Made by a program: the position numbers and the translations under genes. A stretch of 64,000 bases of DNA from Alphaproteobacteria bacterium (GTDB taxonomy: Bacteria > Pseudomonadota > Alphaproteobacteria > UBA828), in NCBI GenBank assembly GCA_965220745.1, contig CBDCQT010000007.1, positions 192,001 through 256,000 of the forward strand, written 5' to 3'. The notes beneath the pieces are model-generated. The model ran no database searches and was not told the DNA's origin. It worked only from the letters and a program-made list of their open reading frames with translations. Shown here piece by piece: positions 1 through 9,535 of this stretch (position 1 is its first letter; each line of letters starts with the position of its first letter).

Positions 1-1310
1 ACTACGACCTCACCGTCTATCGCGATCAGCTGCGTGAGCTGGAGAGCGACCGCGCCCGCGGCCTGGTCAGCGAGGAGCAGGTGGAGGCGGCCCGAACCGA
101 GATCGAGCGGCGCATGCTGCGCGCGGCACGGACGCGGGGCGTGGCACCGGCGGCGGAGGAAGAGAAGACACCTGGGCCAGCGGGTGCGAAATCGCGCGCG
201 AGCTGGCGACGGCGGGCTACGGCCATCGGCCTCGGGCTCTGCATCCCGGCGCTTGCTGCCGGTATCTACGCGAACCTCGGCACCCCCGGCTTGCCCGGCC
301 GGCCCTTCGCGGAGATCGAGCGGCCGGCCGCTCAAACGGAGGCCCTCGCGGCCTTGAGCGGGCCTGTCGAGCAACTTGCGGCGCGGCTTGAGGGCGAACC
401 CGACAATCTCGAAGGCTGGCTCCTGCTCGGCCGCTCTTACGTGGTGCTGCAGCGCTACCCCGAGGCGGCCGATGCGCTCAGGCGGGCGGCAACGCTTTCC
501 GGCGACGATCCCGAGGTGCTGGCGATGCTGGGCGAAGCGATCGTCTGGGCCAACGACGGGATGGTGGTGCCGGAGGCGGTCGGGGCCTTCCGTCAGGTCC
601 TCGACGCGCGGCCAACCCACCCGGCGGCGCGCTTCCACCTTGCGCTCGCCCGCGCCCAGGCCGGCGCGGTGCGGGAGGCCTACGATATGTGGCTTGCGTT
701 GGCTGCCGACACGCCCGCTGACGCCACCTGGCGCGGGGACCTGGAGCAACTGATCGTCCAGGCTGCCGAGGTTCTCGGTGTCGAGCCGGGGACGGTTCCG
801 AGCGGGCCGACGGTGGCCGACGCGCCTTCCGGCCCCACCGCGGAGGACATGGCGGCAGCAGCCGAGATGTCGCCCGAAGAGCGCATGGCCATGATCCGCG
901 GCATGGTGGAAAGCCTCGCCGCGCGGCTTGAGGAGAAGCCCGACGACCCCGAGGGCTGGCGCCGTCTCGCCCAATCCTACGCCGTGCTCGGCGAGCCCGA
1001 GAAGGCGATGGAAACGCTGCGCCGGGCCGTGGAGCTGGTCCCGAACGACCTCGCGACTCTCCACGCCTACGCCCGCGCCCTCACCGGCGAGGTTGGAGCG
1101 GCGCCTCCTCCGCCGGAGGCTGTGGCGGTCTACGAGCGCATCCTGGCGCTCACCCCGGACGATGGGGCGGCGCTCTGGTTCGTCGGGCGCGCTGCGGCGG
1201 AGCGGGGCGACAGCGCCACCGCGCGTGCGCATTGGGAGCGCCTCCTCACCCTGCTCCCGCCGGGCTCGGACGAGCGCGAGGCGGTCCAAGCGGCACTGAA
1301 CTCGCTCTAG
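1..1310 (+). CDS. ccmI: c-type cytochrome biogenesis protein CcmI/CycH (5'-partial)
   Basis: Frame open from position 3: YDLTVYRDQLRELESDRARGLVSEEQVEAARTEIERR (CcmI N-terminal signature), TM helix ending YANLGTP, TPR repeats (EGWLLLGRSY; EGWRRLAQSY), MIRGMVESLAARL motif. Confidence 0.9.
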   Translation, partial: YDLTVYRDQLRELESDRARGLVSEEQVEAARTEIERRMLRAARTRGVAPAAEEEKTPGPAGAKSRASWRRRATAIGLGLCIPALAAGIYANLGTPGLPGRPFAEIERPAAQTEALAALSGPVEQLAARLEGEPDNLEGWLLLGRSYVVLQRYPEAADALRRAATLSGDDPEVLAMLGEAIVWANDGMVVPEAVGAFRQVLDARPTHPAARFHLALARAQAGAVREAYDMWLALAADTPADATWRGDLEQLIVQAAEVLGVEPGTVPSGPTVADAPSGPTAEDMAAAAEMSPEERMAMIRGMVESLAARLEEKPDDPEGWRRLAQSYAVLGEPEKAMETLRRAVELVPNDLATLHAYARALTGEVGAAPPPPEAVAVYERILALTPDDGAALWFVGRAAAERGDSATARAHWERLLTLLPPGSDEREAVQAALNSL

Positions 1311-1485
1311 GAACTCTCCCCGCGTCCGTTACTCCATCGGTCGGACCGTGCGGGCGCGGGCCATCGTCCGATGACACTCAGCCTTCACACGAGCGTAACC
1401 AACACGTCATACCGACCGCCTAATTTCCCGCGCAGAGAGCCGCTCGAACCGGCTCAACGCGTGTGATCTTCAGGGGGAGGAGAGT

Positions 1486-2751
1486 GTGATGGGTTTCGTG
1501 CGCAATCGGTGTCGCTTCGGGGGCAAATCTCTGGCCGCGGCGCTTCTCGGGACGACGTTCCTGGTCGGCCTCGCGGGCCCTGCGCTCGCCGACAGCCATC
1601 TCGAGTCGGAGAATGCCGAGCTCCGCTCCAAGGTCGAGGATCTGATGCAGGAAGTGCAGATCCTCAAGAACATGGTGGTGGAGCAAGGCAACAAGATGGC
1701 GGATATGGCGGAGCCCGCAGCGCCGGCCAAGATGGTGAAGTCCGGCAAGGATCGGGTGAGCCTGAAGGTCTACGGCCAGGTAAACCGGATGCTGCTTCTT
1801 GCCAGCGACGGCAACGACAGCCGGCTCTTCAACGCGGACAACGACATGTCGTCCACCCGCGTGGGCTTCAAGGGCAAGGCCAAGATGGACGGCGGGTGGT
1901 CCGCCGGCACCACCGTCGAAGTGCAGATGGAGTCGAACTCGTCGTCCAAGGTCAATCTGCAGGGCGACGTGAACAGCGGTAAGGAGACCTTCACCGAGCG
2001 CAAGCTGGAGCTGTGGGTCAAGAGTAAGGCGGCCGGCAAGTTTTCGATCGGCCAGGGCAGCACGGCGTCCGACGGCGTGGCCGAGGCGGACCTCTCGGGC
2101 ACCGGCGTGATCAGCGGATCAGGCTCCGGCGGCGCGCTCGGCGCCGATGTCAGGTTCGTCGACTCAGATGGCAATACCCTCTCCAAGGTCGATGGCATCT
2201 TCGACAATCTCGACGGACACAGCCGGAAGGACAGGCTGCGCTACGATTCGCCGAGTATCGGAGGCTTCCAGCTCTCCACCTCCCTCCAGAGCGACAAGGA
2301 CGACGGCGATTCCGGTCCTTGGGACATGGCAGTCCGCTACGGGCGTGACCTGGGCGGTTTCGAGGTCGAAGCCATCGCCGCCCAGTGGACGAGTGGTGAC
2401 GACACCGGCATGGGTGGCTCGGCATCGGTCCTGGCGCCGTCCGGCACCAGCTTTACCGTCGCCTACACGACTGAGGAGGACGGTGACGACTCAGCGAGGA
2501 TGACCTACGCGAAGCTTGGTCAGAAGCTCGACATCAATCCTGCAGGGAGCACGGCACTTTCGATCGGCTTCATGGACGCCGAGAACGCGGCCGGCGACAG
2601 CGGCAGCGCCATCGACGTCGCCGTCGTGCAGAAGGTCAGGAGCCTCGGCGCAGAATTCTACGGCGTCTACGGCATGTACGAGGCCGATATCGCGGGCGCT
2701 GCGACCAAGGACGTCACCGTCGCGGGCGTCGGTGCGCGCATCAAGTTCTAA
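1486..2751 (+). CDS. outer-membrane porin (Gram-negative porin family)
   Basis: Signal peptide ending ALA, N-terminal coiled coil, SLKVYGQVNR...SSTRVGFKG, RLRYDSP, C-terminal VGARIKF; RBS GGAGG upstream; start GTG 1486 or ATG 1489. Confidence 0.85.
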   Translation: MMGFVRNRCRFGGKSLAAALLGTTFLVGLAGPALADSHLESENAELRSKVEDLMQEVQILKNMVVEQGNKMADMAEPAAPAKMVKSGKDRVSLKVYGQVNRMLLLASDGNDSRLFNADNDMSSTRVGFKGKAKMDGGWSAGTTVEVQMESNSSSKVNLQGDVNSGKETFTERKLELWVKSKAAGKFSIGQGSTASDGVAEADLSGTGVISGSGSGGALGADVRFVDSDGNTLSKVDGIFDNLDGHSRKDRLRYDSPSIGGFQLSTSLQSDKDDGDSGPWDMAVRYGRDLGGFEVEAIAAQWTSGDDTGMGGSASVLAPSGTSFTVAYTTEEDGDDSARMTYAKLGQKLDINPAGSTALSIGFMDAENAAGDSGSAIDVAVVQKVRSLGAEFYGVYGMYEADIAGAATKDVTVAGVGARIKF

Positions 2752-2799
2752 GATCACGAACGATCCAAGCCGCTCCAAGAGGGGTGGCACGGAGGGATA

Positions 2800-2828
2800 G
2801 GGGGCGGCCGTGCCACGCGGCCGCCCCC
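2800..2828. terminator. GC-rich hairpin between convergent genes, possible bidirectional terminator
   Basis: GGGGGCGGCCG (2800-2810) / CGGCCGCCCCC (2818-2828) perfect 11-bp stem, 7-nt loop; no clear U tract. Confidence 0.45.
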
Positions 2829-2849
2829 GACACGTAGGGGAAGGCGTGT

Positions 2850-3473
2850 CTAAACGCCCATGAAGCTGATCCACCCGGTGATGATGTATTTCTCCTCCCG
2901 CGGCGCGACCTCGCCGTTGTGCGTGTGGGTGAAGCCTGCCGGCCAGATCAGGGTCTTGCCCTTGGCCGGCCGGACCAGATGGTCCTGATAGGTGAAGTAG
3001 GTGCCGCCGCCCTCCTTGATGTCGTTCAGGAAGGTCTGGAAGGCGAGCACCCGGTGGCCGAGGTCGAGGCCGCTCGACTCGTAGTGGGCGCCGTGGAAGG
3101 CGCCGCCCGGCTGGTAGTATTGCATCTGCGGCGGCTCCAGGAAGCCCAGCTTGTCGGAAGCCTCGCCCAACACCGGGAACTCCCTCATGTAGTCACCGAG
3201 GCAGGCCATGACATGGCCGCGATAGGCGCGCACCGTCTTGGCGTAGACCTCGTAGGGGAAACAGGTAAGGCTCGCGTCCTCGGAATCTTTCCAGGCTTTG
3301 TCGACGCCCTTGGCGCTCGTCCCCTGCCTAGTGAGGCCGAGCCGGCGCGTCCGCTTGAAGCCCTTGATCAGCTCGTCGCAGATTGCGGGCTTCTCGATGG
3401 TGTATTCCTTGATCCAGCGCATCGCCGGGTGCTGCCTCCACACGTGATGTTGCGCCTGCACAGCAGCTGCCAT
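2850..3473 (-). CDS. 2OG-Fe(II) oxygenase (prolyl 4-hydroxylase-like)
   Basis: QYYQPGGAFHGAHYE (HxE), FLNDIKEGGGTYF, LIWPAGFTHTHNG (distal His), KYIITGW; start taken at ATG 3473. Confidence 0.85.
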   Translation of the reverse strand: MAAAVQAQHHVWRQHPAMRWIKEYTIEKPAICDELIKGFKRTRRLGLTRQGTSAKGVDKAWKDSEDASLTCFPYEVYAKTVRAYRGHVMACLGDYMREFPVLGEASDKLGFLEPPQMQYYQPGGAFHGAHYESSGLDLGHRVLAFQTFLNDIKEGGGTYFTYQDHLVRPAKGKTLIWPAGFTHTHNGEVAPREEKYIITGWISFMGV

Positions 3474-3644
3474 GCACCCGCCGCGAGGCATTCTAATTCC
3501 ATTTGCATGGCGGGCACGCCATGGTTATTGTGCGCCGCGCAAAGGGAGTGTCGATACGCGCCGCGCCCGCGCGGTGCATCAACCTTGGACAAACGATGAG
3601 AACCGGGCCGGATGTCTCCCCCCGGTGCTGAAGGGAGGGTGCGC

Positions 3645-5258
3645 ATGTCGCATACCGACAAGAAAGAGCAGTTTACGAAGGAGCTGTATCGGCTCTGGTC
3701 GATGCACGCGGACCGGAAGAACTACAAGGTCTCGCGGCGCGATCTGATCAAGGGCATGGCTGGCCTCGGGCTCGGCGCGGGCGCGATCTCCATGCTCATG
3801 AAGCAGGCGCCCCTCAGCGTGAGGCAGGCCTGGGCGGCCGATGGTGCGACTCCCGAGGAGCGTGCCATCAACGGCGCGAAGGCGCTCTTCGACAGTGCCG
3901 AGAAGAAGACCATCAGCATCATGTATCCGTCGGGCTCCGGCGGTAACCTCTCGCCCTTCGTCGAGGAGTGGAAGGGACTCACCGGCTTCGATCTCGAGCT
4001 GATCGAGGTGCCGGTCACCGAGACCCACCAGAAGGCGATGCAGGAAGCGGTGGCCAAGACGGGCCGCTACGACATCATGATCCCGGCGCCGCTGAGCCTT
4101 GCAGACCTCGCCGAGTCCGGCGTGGCGCGTCCGCTCGACGACTACATGGACAAGTACGATCCCGAGGTCTACTCAGGGCCCAACCAGCTCCAGTTCCCCG
4201 TGTCCGACTTCGGGCAGAAGTACAAGGGCAAGACCTACGGCCTCTACTGTGACGGCGACTGGTGGCACCTCAGCTACCGCAAGGACAAGCTCGCCGAGAA
4301 GGGCCTGGCGCCGAAGTCGAAGCGCGAGATGGTTCATACCTGGGCCGAGTACGACGAGCTTTGCGCCACGATGCACGACCCGGACAACAACTTCTACGGG
4401 GCGCTCGAGTACCGCTCGCCGTTCTGGAACAAGTTCCACTGGATGACGCGGGTCCAGTCGAAGGGCCACTTCTACTTCGACGAGGACATGAACTCGCTGG
4501 CCGACACGCCGCAAGGCATCGAGACGGTCAAGGAGCTGATCGCGCTGCAGGACATCATGCCCGCCGAGCAGTTCACCTACGGCTTCACCGAGAACTACGC
4601 GCAGTACTACGCGCAGGGCCGCGGCTTCTGCGAGTTCGGCTGGCCGTCGCTCTGGCGCTACAGCAACGACGCGGCTGGCTCTCAGTCGATCATCGCTGCC
4701 AAGGGCGAGGACGGCGAGCCTTCGCAGACCGCCGTCTCGAAGGTGCCGGGCACCATGCACGGCGACGAGCTCATCCGCTCGTGCATCCATGCCTTCGCCT
4801 GGGACTTCGTGGTCAGCAACTACTCGCCGATCCAGGAAGCGGCCTACTGCTTCTCGCAGTGGATCACGGGGCCGACCATGTCGATGCGCTCGATCCCGAA
4901 CGAGGGCGGCTACTTCGACCCGTGGCGCGACAACCACTTCTTCGCTCCGTCGGCCGAGTTCTTCGCCGCCTATCCGGGCGATTTCCTGGCCACGCATGCC
5001 GAGGCGATCGTGGACGCGGTGCCGGAGATTCAGCTGCGCGGCGCGGCCGAGTACCTCAATGCGCTCGACGTCAATCTGACCGCGGCCTACAACGGCAACA
5101 AGTCGCCGGAAGAGGCCATGGAAGACACCGCCAAGGAGCAGAACCGCATCACGCGGCGTCTGGGCAAGGCGGAGCAGAAAGAGAGCTGGCACGGCCTGGC
5201 CAAGATGTATCCCGAGCCGCTGCAGAAGCTCGTCGGCGTCGACAAGTGGGTTCTGTAG
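3645..5258 (+). CDS. ABC transporter substrate-binding protein, carbohydrate (CUT1) family, Tat-exported
   Basis: RBS GGGAGG then ATG 3645; SRRDLIK twin-arginine motif and AWA cleavage site; YRKD, TWAEYDE and SPEEAME motifs; heads a permease-permease-ATPase-ATPase operon. Confidence 0.85.
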   Translation: MSHTDKKEQFTKELYRLWSMHADRKNYKVSRRDLIKGMAGLGLGAGAISMLMKQAPLSVRQAWAADGATPEERAINGAKALFDSAEKKTISIMYPSGSGGNLSPFVEEWKGLTGFDLELIEVPVTETHQKAMQEAVAKTGRYDIMIPAPLSLADLAESGVARPLDDYMDKYDPEVYSGPNQLQFPVSDFGQKYKGKTYGLYCDGDWWHLSYRKDKLAEKGLAPKSKREMVHTWAEYDELCATMHDPDNNFYGALEYRSPFWNKFHWMTRVQSKGHFYFDEDMNSLADTPQGIETVKELIALQDIMPAEQFTYGFTENYAQYYAQGRGFCEFGWPSLWRYSNDAAGSQSIIAAKGEDGEPSQTAVSKVPGTMHGDELIRSCIHAFAWDFVVSNYSPIQEAAYCFSQWITGPTMSMRSIPNEGGYFDPWRDNHFFAPSAEFFAAYPGDFLATHAEAIVDAVPEIQLRGAAEYLNALDVNLTAAYNGNKSPEEAMEDTAKEQNRITRRLGKAEQKESWHGLAKMYPEPLQKLVGVDKWVL

Positions 5259-5293
5259 TCCAACGGTAACAGCACGGCCGGACTGCAGGTAAC

Positions 5294-6280
5294 GTGGTTA
5301 CGAAGACTGCGAACGGCGGCGTGCCCGTGCGTGCATTGCAGGCGCGGGCACGCCTGTTCGACCCCAATGACAAGCGCTACATCGGCGTGCTCTTCATCAC
5401 GCCGGTGCAGCTCTTGTTGATCACGATGTTGATTTTCCCCTTCGGCCTGGAGTTCTTCGTCGCGCTGACCGAATGGCAGCCGACCTACGGAACCTCCATC
5501 TGGCACGCCGTGGGGACGGTGTTCTCCGGCGATACCGAGCTCGGCCTCAACTACTACTATCTAGTGACGGACGAGCCGCGCTTCCTCGAGGCGCTGGGCC
5601 GGACGCTCGCCATATCGGTGCTCAGCCTGTGCCTCGAGTTCGTCATCGGGCTCGGGCTGGCCACGATTTTCCTCAAGACGTTCTGGGGCAAGCGCATCTG
5701 GTTCACCGCGCTGCTGACCCCGATGATGATCATGCCGGTCGTCGTGGGCTACACCTGGTTCATGCTGTTCCAGTACAGTGGTCCGGTCAATCAGGTGCTC
5801 GGCTGGATCGGCGGCACATCCGCAGGCGCCGACCTGCAGTGGCTTAACAACGGCGTGCTGGCCTTCTTCGCCGTGGTCATCACGGAGGTCTGGCACTGGA
5901 CGCCGCTGTTCTTCCTGATCCTGCTCTCGGGCCTCAACGCGGTGCCGGAGAACCCGGTGCGGGCGGCGACCGTGCTCGGCGCCAGCAACTGGCGGATCTT
6001 CTGGACCGTCATCATGCCCAACATGCGGGGCGTCATCATCATCGCCTTCGTGATCCGCGGCATGGAGGTCATCAAGCTCTTCGACGAGATTTACATCCTG
6101 ACTCGCGGCGGCCCCGGCACGGCGACTGAGACCATGAGTCTCTATCTCTACAAGCTGGGCTTCCAGGACTTCCGCCTCGCCTATGCGGGCTCGGCAGGCT
6201 TCATCGTGCTGGTGATCACGGTGGTGATGATCAACATGATGCTGAAGCCAATCCGTTACGAGCTGCTGGAGAAGCGTTAG
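5294..6280 (+). CDS. carbohydrate ABC transporter permease
   Basis: Multiple TM helices, EVWHWTPLFFLILLSGL, degenerate EAA loop (VRAATVLGA), LTRGGPGTATET. Confidence 0.9.
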   Translation: MVTKTANGGVPVRALQARARLFDPNDKRYIGVLFITPVQLLLITMLIFPFGLEFFVALTEWQPTYGTSIWHAVGTVFSGDTELGLNYYYLVTDEPRFLEALGRTLAISVLSLCLEFVIGLGLATIFLKTFWGKRIWFTALLTPMMIMPVVVGYTWFMLFQYSGPVNQVLGWIGGTSAGADLQWLNNGVLAFFAVVITEVWHWTPLFFLILLSGLNAVPENPVRAATVLGASNWRIFWTVIMPNMRGVIIIAFVIRGMEVIKLFDEIYILTRGGPGTATETMSLYLYKLGFQDFRLAYAGSAGFIVLVITVVMINMMLKPIRYELLEKR

Positions 6281-7228
6281 ATGGGTGCGCGGAAGTTCGG
6301 CCCCGGCAGCGCGATCGGGCTCGCCTTCGGGCTGCTCTTCGCGGTATTCCCGCTGTTCTGGATGGTGTCGACCTCCTTCAAGCCGTCCAACGAGTGGGTC
6401 ACGACGCCGCCGGTGTGGGTGTCCGAGAACGGCACCGTCACCAACTACCTCGTCATTCTGTGGCCGTCCGTCCTGCTCGAGCAACGGGGCGGTCTCGGCC
6501 AGTACACCGAGGAAGGGGAGGTCACGGCTCAGCGCGCGACCGAATCAGACGCGGTGAGCGGCGCGGTCGCCGACTTCCTCACCAAGTCGGCGTGGCAGTC
6601 CATCCGGGGCTCGATCATCATCTCGGTGCTCTCGACGATGCTGTCCATTGTGGTCGGCTTCATGGCCGCAATTGCCATCGCGCGATACCGATTTGGCGGC
6701 AACGTCACGCCCTTCTTCATATTATCAGGGCGAATGTTCCCGCCCATTGCGATCGCCATACCGTTCGTCGTGATGTTCAGCGCGCCGGGAATCGAGGCGA
6801 CCGACTCCTATTGGGGCCTGATACTGGCCTACGCCGCGGTCACCGTGCCGTTCTCCACCTGGATGCTGAAGAGCTTCATCGACGAGCTGCCTCAGGAGAT
6901 CGAGGAAGCGGCGATGATGGACGGCATGTCGCGATGGGAGGCGCACATCAAGGTCACCGTGCCGCTCATCAAGGGCGGCCTGATCGCCACCTCGCTCTTC
7001 ATCTTCATCCTCAACTGGAGCGAGTTCCTGTTTGCGCTGGTGCTGACCTACACCAACGTGGAGACGATCCCGGTCAAGCTCTCCAAGTACTTCAGCGCCA
7101 CCTCGGGGCAGCAGTACGGCATTCAGGCGGCGCTCGCCTGCGTCTCGATCGTTCCGCTGGTGATCGTCGGCTTCTTCATCCAGCGGCATCTGGTGCGCGG
7201 CCTCACCCTCGGCGCGATCAAGCGTTAG
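6281..7228 (+). CDS. carbohydrate ABC transporter permease
   Basis: FPLFWMVSTSFK, EIEEAAMMDG (EAA loop), WSEFLFALVL, QRHLVRGLTLGAIK; abuts upstream stop. Confidence 0.9.
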   Translation: MGARKFGPGSAIGLAFGLLFAVFPLFWMVSTSFKPSNEWVTTPPVWVSENGTVTNYLVILWPSVLLEQRGGLGQYTEEGEVTAQRATESDAVSGAVADFLTKSAWQSIRGSIIISVLSTMLSIVVGFMAAIAIARYRFGGNVTPFFILSGRMFPPIAIAIPFVVMFSAPGIEATDSYWGLILAYAAVTVPFSTWMLKSFIDELPQEIEEAAMMDGMSRWEAHIKVTVPLIKGGLIATSLFIFILNWSEFLFALVLTYTNVETIPVKLSKYFSATSGQQYGIQAALACVSIVPLVIVGFFIQRHLVRGLTLGAIKR

Positions 7229-7237
7229 CGCGGCACG

Positions 7238-8329
7238 ATGGCAAACATCAAGCTGGAGCTGGTGGAGCTCCGCAAGGAGTTCGGCGAACTCATCGCCGTC
7301 GACGACATGTCCCTCGCTTGCGAGGAAGGCGAGACCATGGCGTTGCTGGGGCCATCCGGCTGCGGCAAGTCCACCACACTGAACATGATCGTTGGACTCG
7401 AGGCGCCCACCTCGGGCGACATCCTCATCGACGGGCAGTCGGTGCTCCAGGTGCCCCCCGGCCAGCGTAATGTCGGCTTGGTGTTCCAGGACTACGCCGT
7501 CTTCACCCACATGAACGTCAGGCGCAATCTGGAATACGGGCTCCGCGTGCGCGGCATGGCGCGAGCCGATATCGACCGCGAGGTGGCGAAGGTCGCCGCG
7601 TTCCTACACCTCGAGCACCAGCTCGATTATAAGCCGCTGGAGCTCGGCGCGAGTGAGCTTCAGCGGGTCGCGATCGGGCGGACGCTGGTGACCAACCCCG
7701 AGATTCTGCTGCTCGACGAGCCGCTGAGCAATCTGGAAGCCGAGATGCGAAACCAGATGCGCCGCGAGCTCCGGCGCATTCAGGCCGAGACCGGGCAGAC
7801 CATCATCTATGTCACCCATGACCAGATCGAGGCGCTCTCGCTTGCGCACCGTATCGCGGTCATGGATTTCGGCCAGCTCAAGCAATACGACACCGCGCAC
7901 AACGTCTACCACTACCCCGACAACACCTTCGTCGGCAGCTTCCTCGGCAACCCGCCGATGAACTTCGTGCACGGGCAGTTCGGCCATGACGGCAACCGAC
8001 CGGTCGTGGCGCAGAACGGCTCGATCATTCCCGTGCCGGCCGCGAGCGCCGGGGCAGTGAGCGACGGCGCCGACGTGATCGTCGGCATGCGGCCCGAGTC
8101 GATGATGCTGGCGGAAGCAGACGATCCCGAAGCCTTTACGGCCTCGGTCATCGCGGTCGAGCCACAGGGACCTGAAACGGTTCTCACGGCTCGCATAGGC
8201 CAGTCCGACCTGAAGCTGGTCGTGGAGACTGGCACGCAGGCCCACGAAGGTGCCGAAATCGCAATCCGGCCGGACGCTGAGTTGCTGGCCCTGTTCGACG
8301 CCGCATCGGGCGTCCGCTTCAAGGCGTGA
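7238..8329 (+). CDS. ABC transporter ATP-binding protein (MalK-like)
   Basis: Walker A GPSGCGKST, Walker B LLLDEP, H-loop VTHDQ; signature degenerate (LGASE); C-terminal regulatory/TOBE region. Confidence 0.9.
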   Translation: MANIKLELVELRKEFGELIAVDDMSLACEEGETMALLGPSGCGKSTTLNMIVGLEAPTSGDILIDGQSVLQVPPGQRNVGLVFQDYAVFTHMNVRRNLEYGLRVRGMARADIDREVAKVAAFLHLEHQLDYKPLELGASELQRVAIGRTLVTNPEILLLDEPLSNLEAEMRNQMRRELRRIQAETGQTIIYVTHDQIEALSLAHRIAVMDFGQLKQYDTAHNVYHYPDNTFVGSFLGNPPMNFVHGQFGHDGNRPVVAQNGSIIPVPAASAGAVSDGADVIVGMRPESMMLAEADDPEAFTASVIAVEPQGPETVLTARIGQSDLKLVVETGTQAHEGAEIAIRPDAELLALFDAASGVRFKA

Positions 8330-9435
8330 GCCCGGCCATGGACGAACCCCTTCTGCAGCTTCGCTCCATCTCCAAGAACTTCGGTTCGGTTCAGGCGCTG
8401 AGGGACCTGAGCCTGGAGGTGCCGCGCGGCTCGCTGATCGTGCTCTTGGGTCCTGCGGGTGCTGGCAAAACGACTACGCTGAGGATCGTTGCCGGGCTCG
8501 AAGCGCCGACCTCGGGCGAGGTCTGGGTCGAAGGACAGAACTTCACCAAGCTGCAGCCCAACCGGCGCGACATCGCGATGATCTTCGACAATCTAGCGCT
8601 CTACCCCAACAAGACGGGGTACGAGAACGTCGCGTCCCCGCTCAAGCTCGCCAGGATGCCGAAGGCCGAGATTGCCAAGCGGGTCGACGAAATCGCCGGT
8701 CTGCTTAAGATCGGGCACATTCTCGACCGTCTGCCTGCAACCTTCAGCGGCGGCGAGCGTCAGCGTGTGGCCCTCGGCCGCGCCATGGTGCGTGAGCCGC
8801 GCTTCTACCTGCTGGACGAGCCGCTCTCGAGCCTCGACTTCATGCTCCGCATCGAGCTTCGGACCGAGCTGAAGCGCTTGCAGCGCGAGCTCGGGCGCAC
8901 CTTCGTCTTCGCGACGCCGGACTACACCGAGGCGCTGGCGCTGGCGGATACCGTCTGCGTTCTGCTGGAGGGTGAGGTGCGTCAGATCGCGAAGGCGCAG
9001 GAGCTCTATGACGAGCCTGCCGACCGCGACGTGGCCCGCTTCGTTGGCAATCCCAAGATCAATATCGTCCCCGGCCGGCTCGCGCGCGAGAACGGCACCG
9101 CCAGACTTTCCATTGGCTCGATGAACCTGCCCTTGCCGGACCGCATGGAGCATGGCCTGCCCGCGCATTTGAGCGAAGTCGAGGTGGGACTGCGGCCCGA
9201 GCACGTCCGGATCGTGCCCTCGACCGCGACCGAAACGCACCGGACTGGGATCGTCAACGATCTTGAGCCGCTCGGCATGCACACGACGGTCGGCATCGAC
9301 TTGGCGGGGATTAATTTGGCGCTGACCGTCGCGGGCGTGCAGGAGTTCAACGACGGCGACCGGGTCGAGGTGCATCTCGATACCGAGACCCTGTTGTTCT
9401 TCGACCCGATCTCGGGGCGCCGCGTCGGCAACTAG
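8326..9435 (+). CDS. ABC transporter ATP-binding protein (MalK-like), second subunit
   Basis: Walker A GPAGAGKTT, signature FSGGE, Walker B YLLDEP, H-loop replaced by ATPDY; GTGA overlap with the previous gene (alternative ATG 8338). Confidence 0.9.
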   Translation: MSPAMDEPLLQLRSISKNFGSVQALRDLSLEVPRGSLIVLLGPAGAGKTTTLRIVAGLEAPTSGEVWVEGQNFTKLQPNRRDIAMIFDNLALYPNKTGYENVASPLKLARMPKAEIAKRVDEIAGLLKIGHILDRLPATFSGGERQRVALGRAMVREPRFYLLDEPLSSLDFMLRIELRTELKRLQRELGRTFVFATPDYTEALALADTVCVLLEGEVRQIAKAQELYDEPADRDVARFVGNPKINIVPGRLARENGTARLSIGSMNLPLPDRMEHGLPAHLSEVEVGLRPEHVRIVPSTATETHRTGIVNDLEPLGMHTTVGIDLAGINLALTVAGVQEFNDGDRVEVHLDTETLLFFDPISGRRVGN

Positions 9436-9535
9436 TCGGCCCGGCGGCGCGTCGGCTCCCCCGCCCTCGGCGAGCGACCGCCGCTGGCACGTACGGCCCG
9501 CATGGCATGGGCCGCAGACGAGGGAGTGACCCGCG

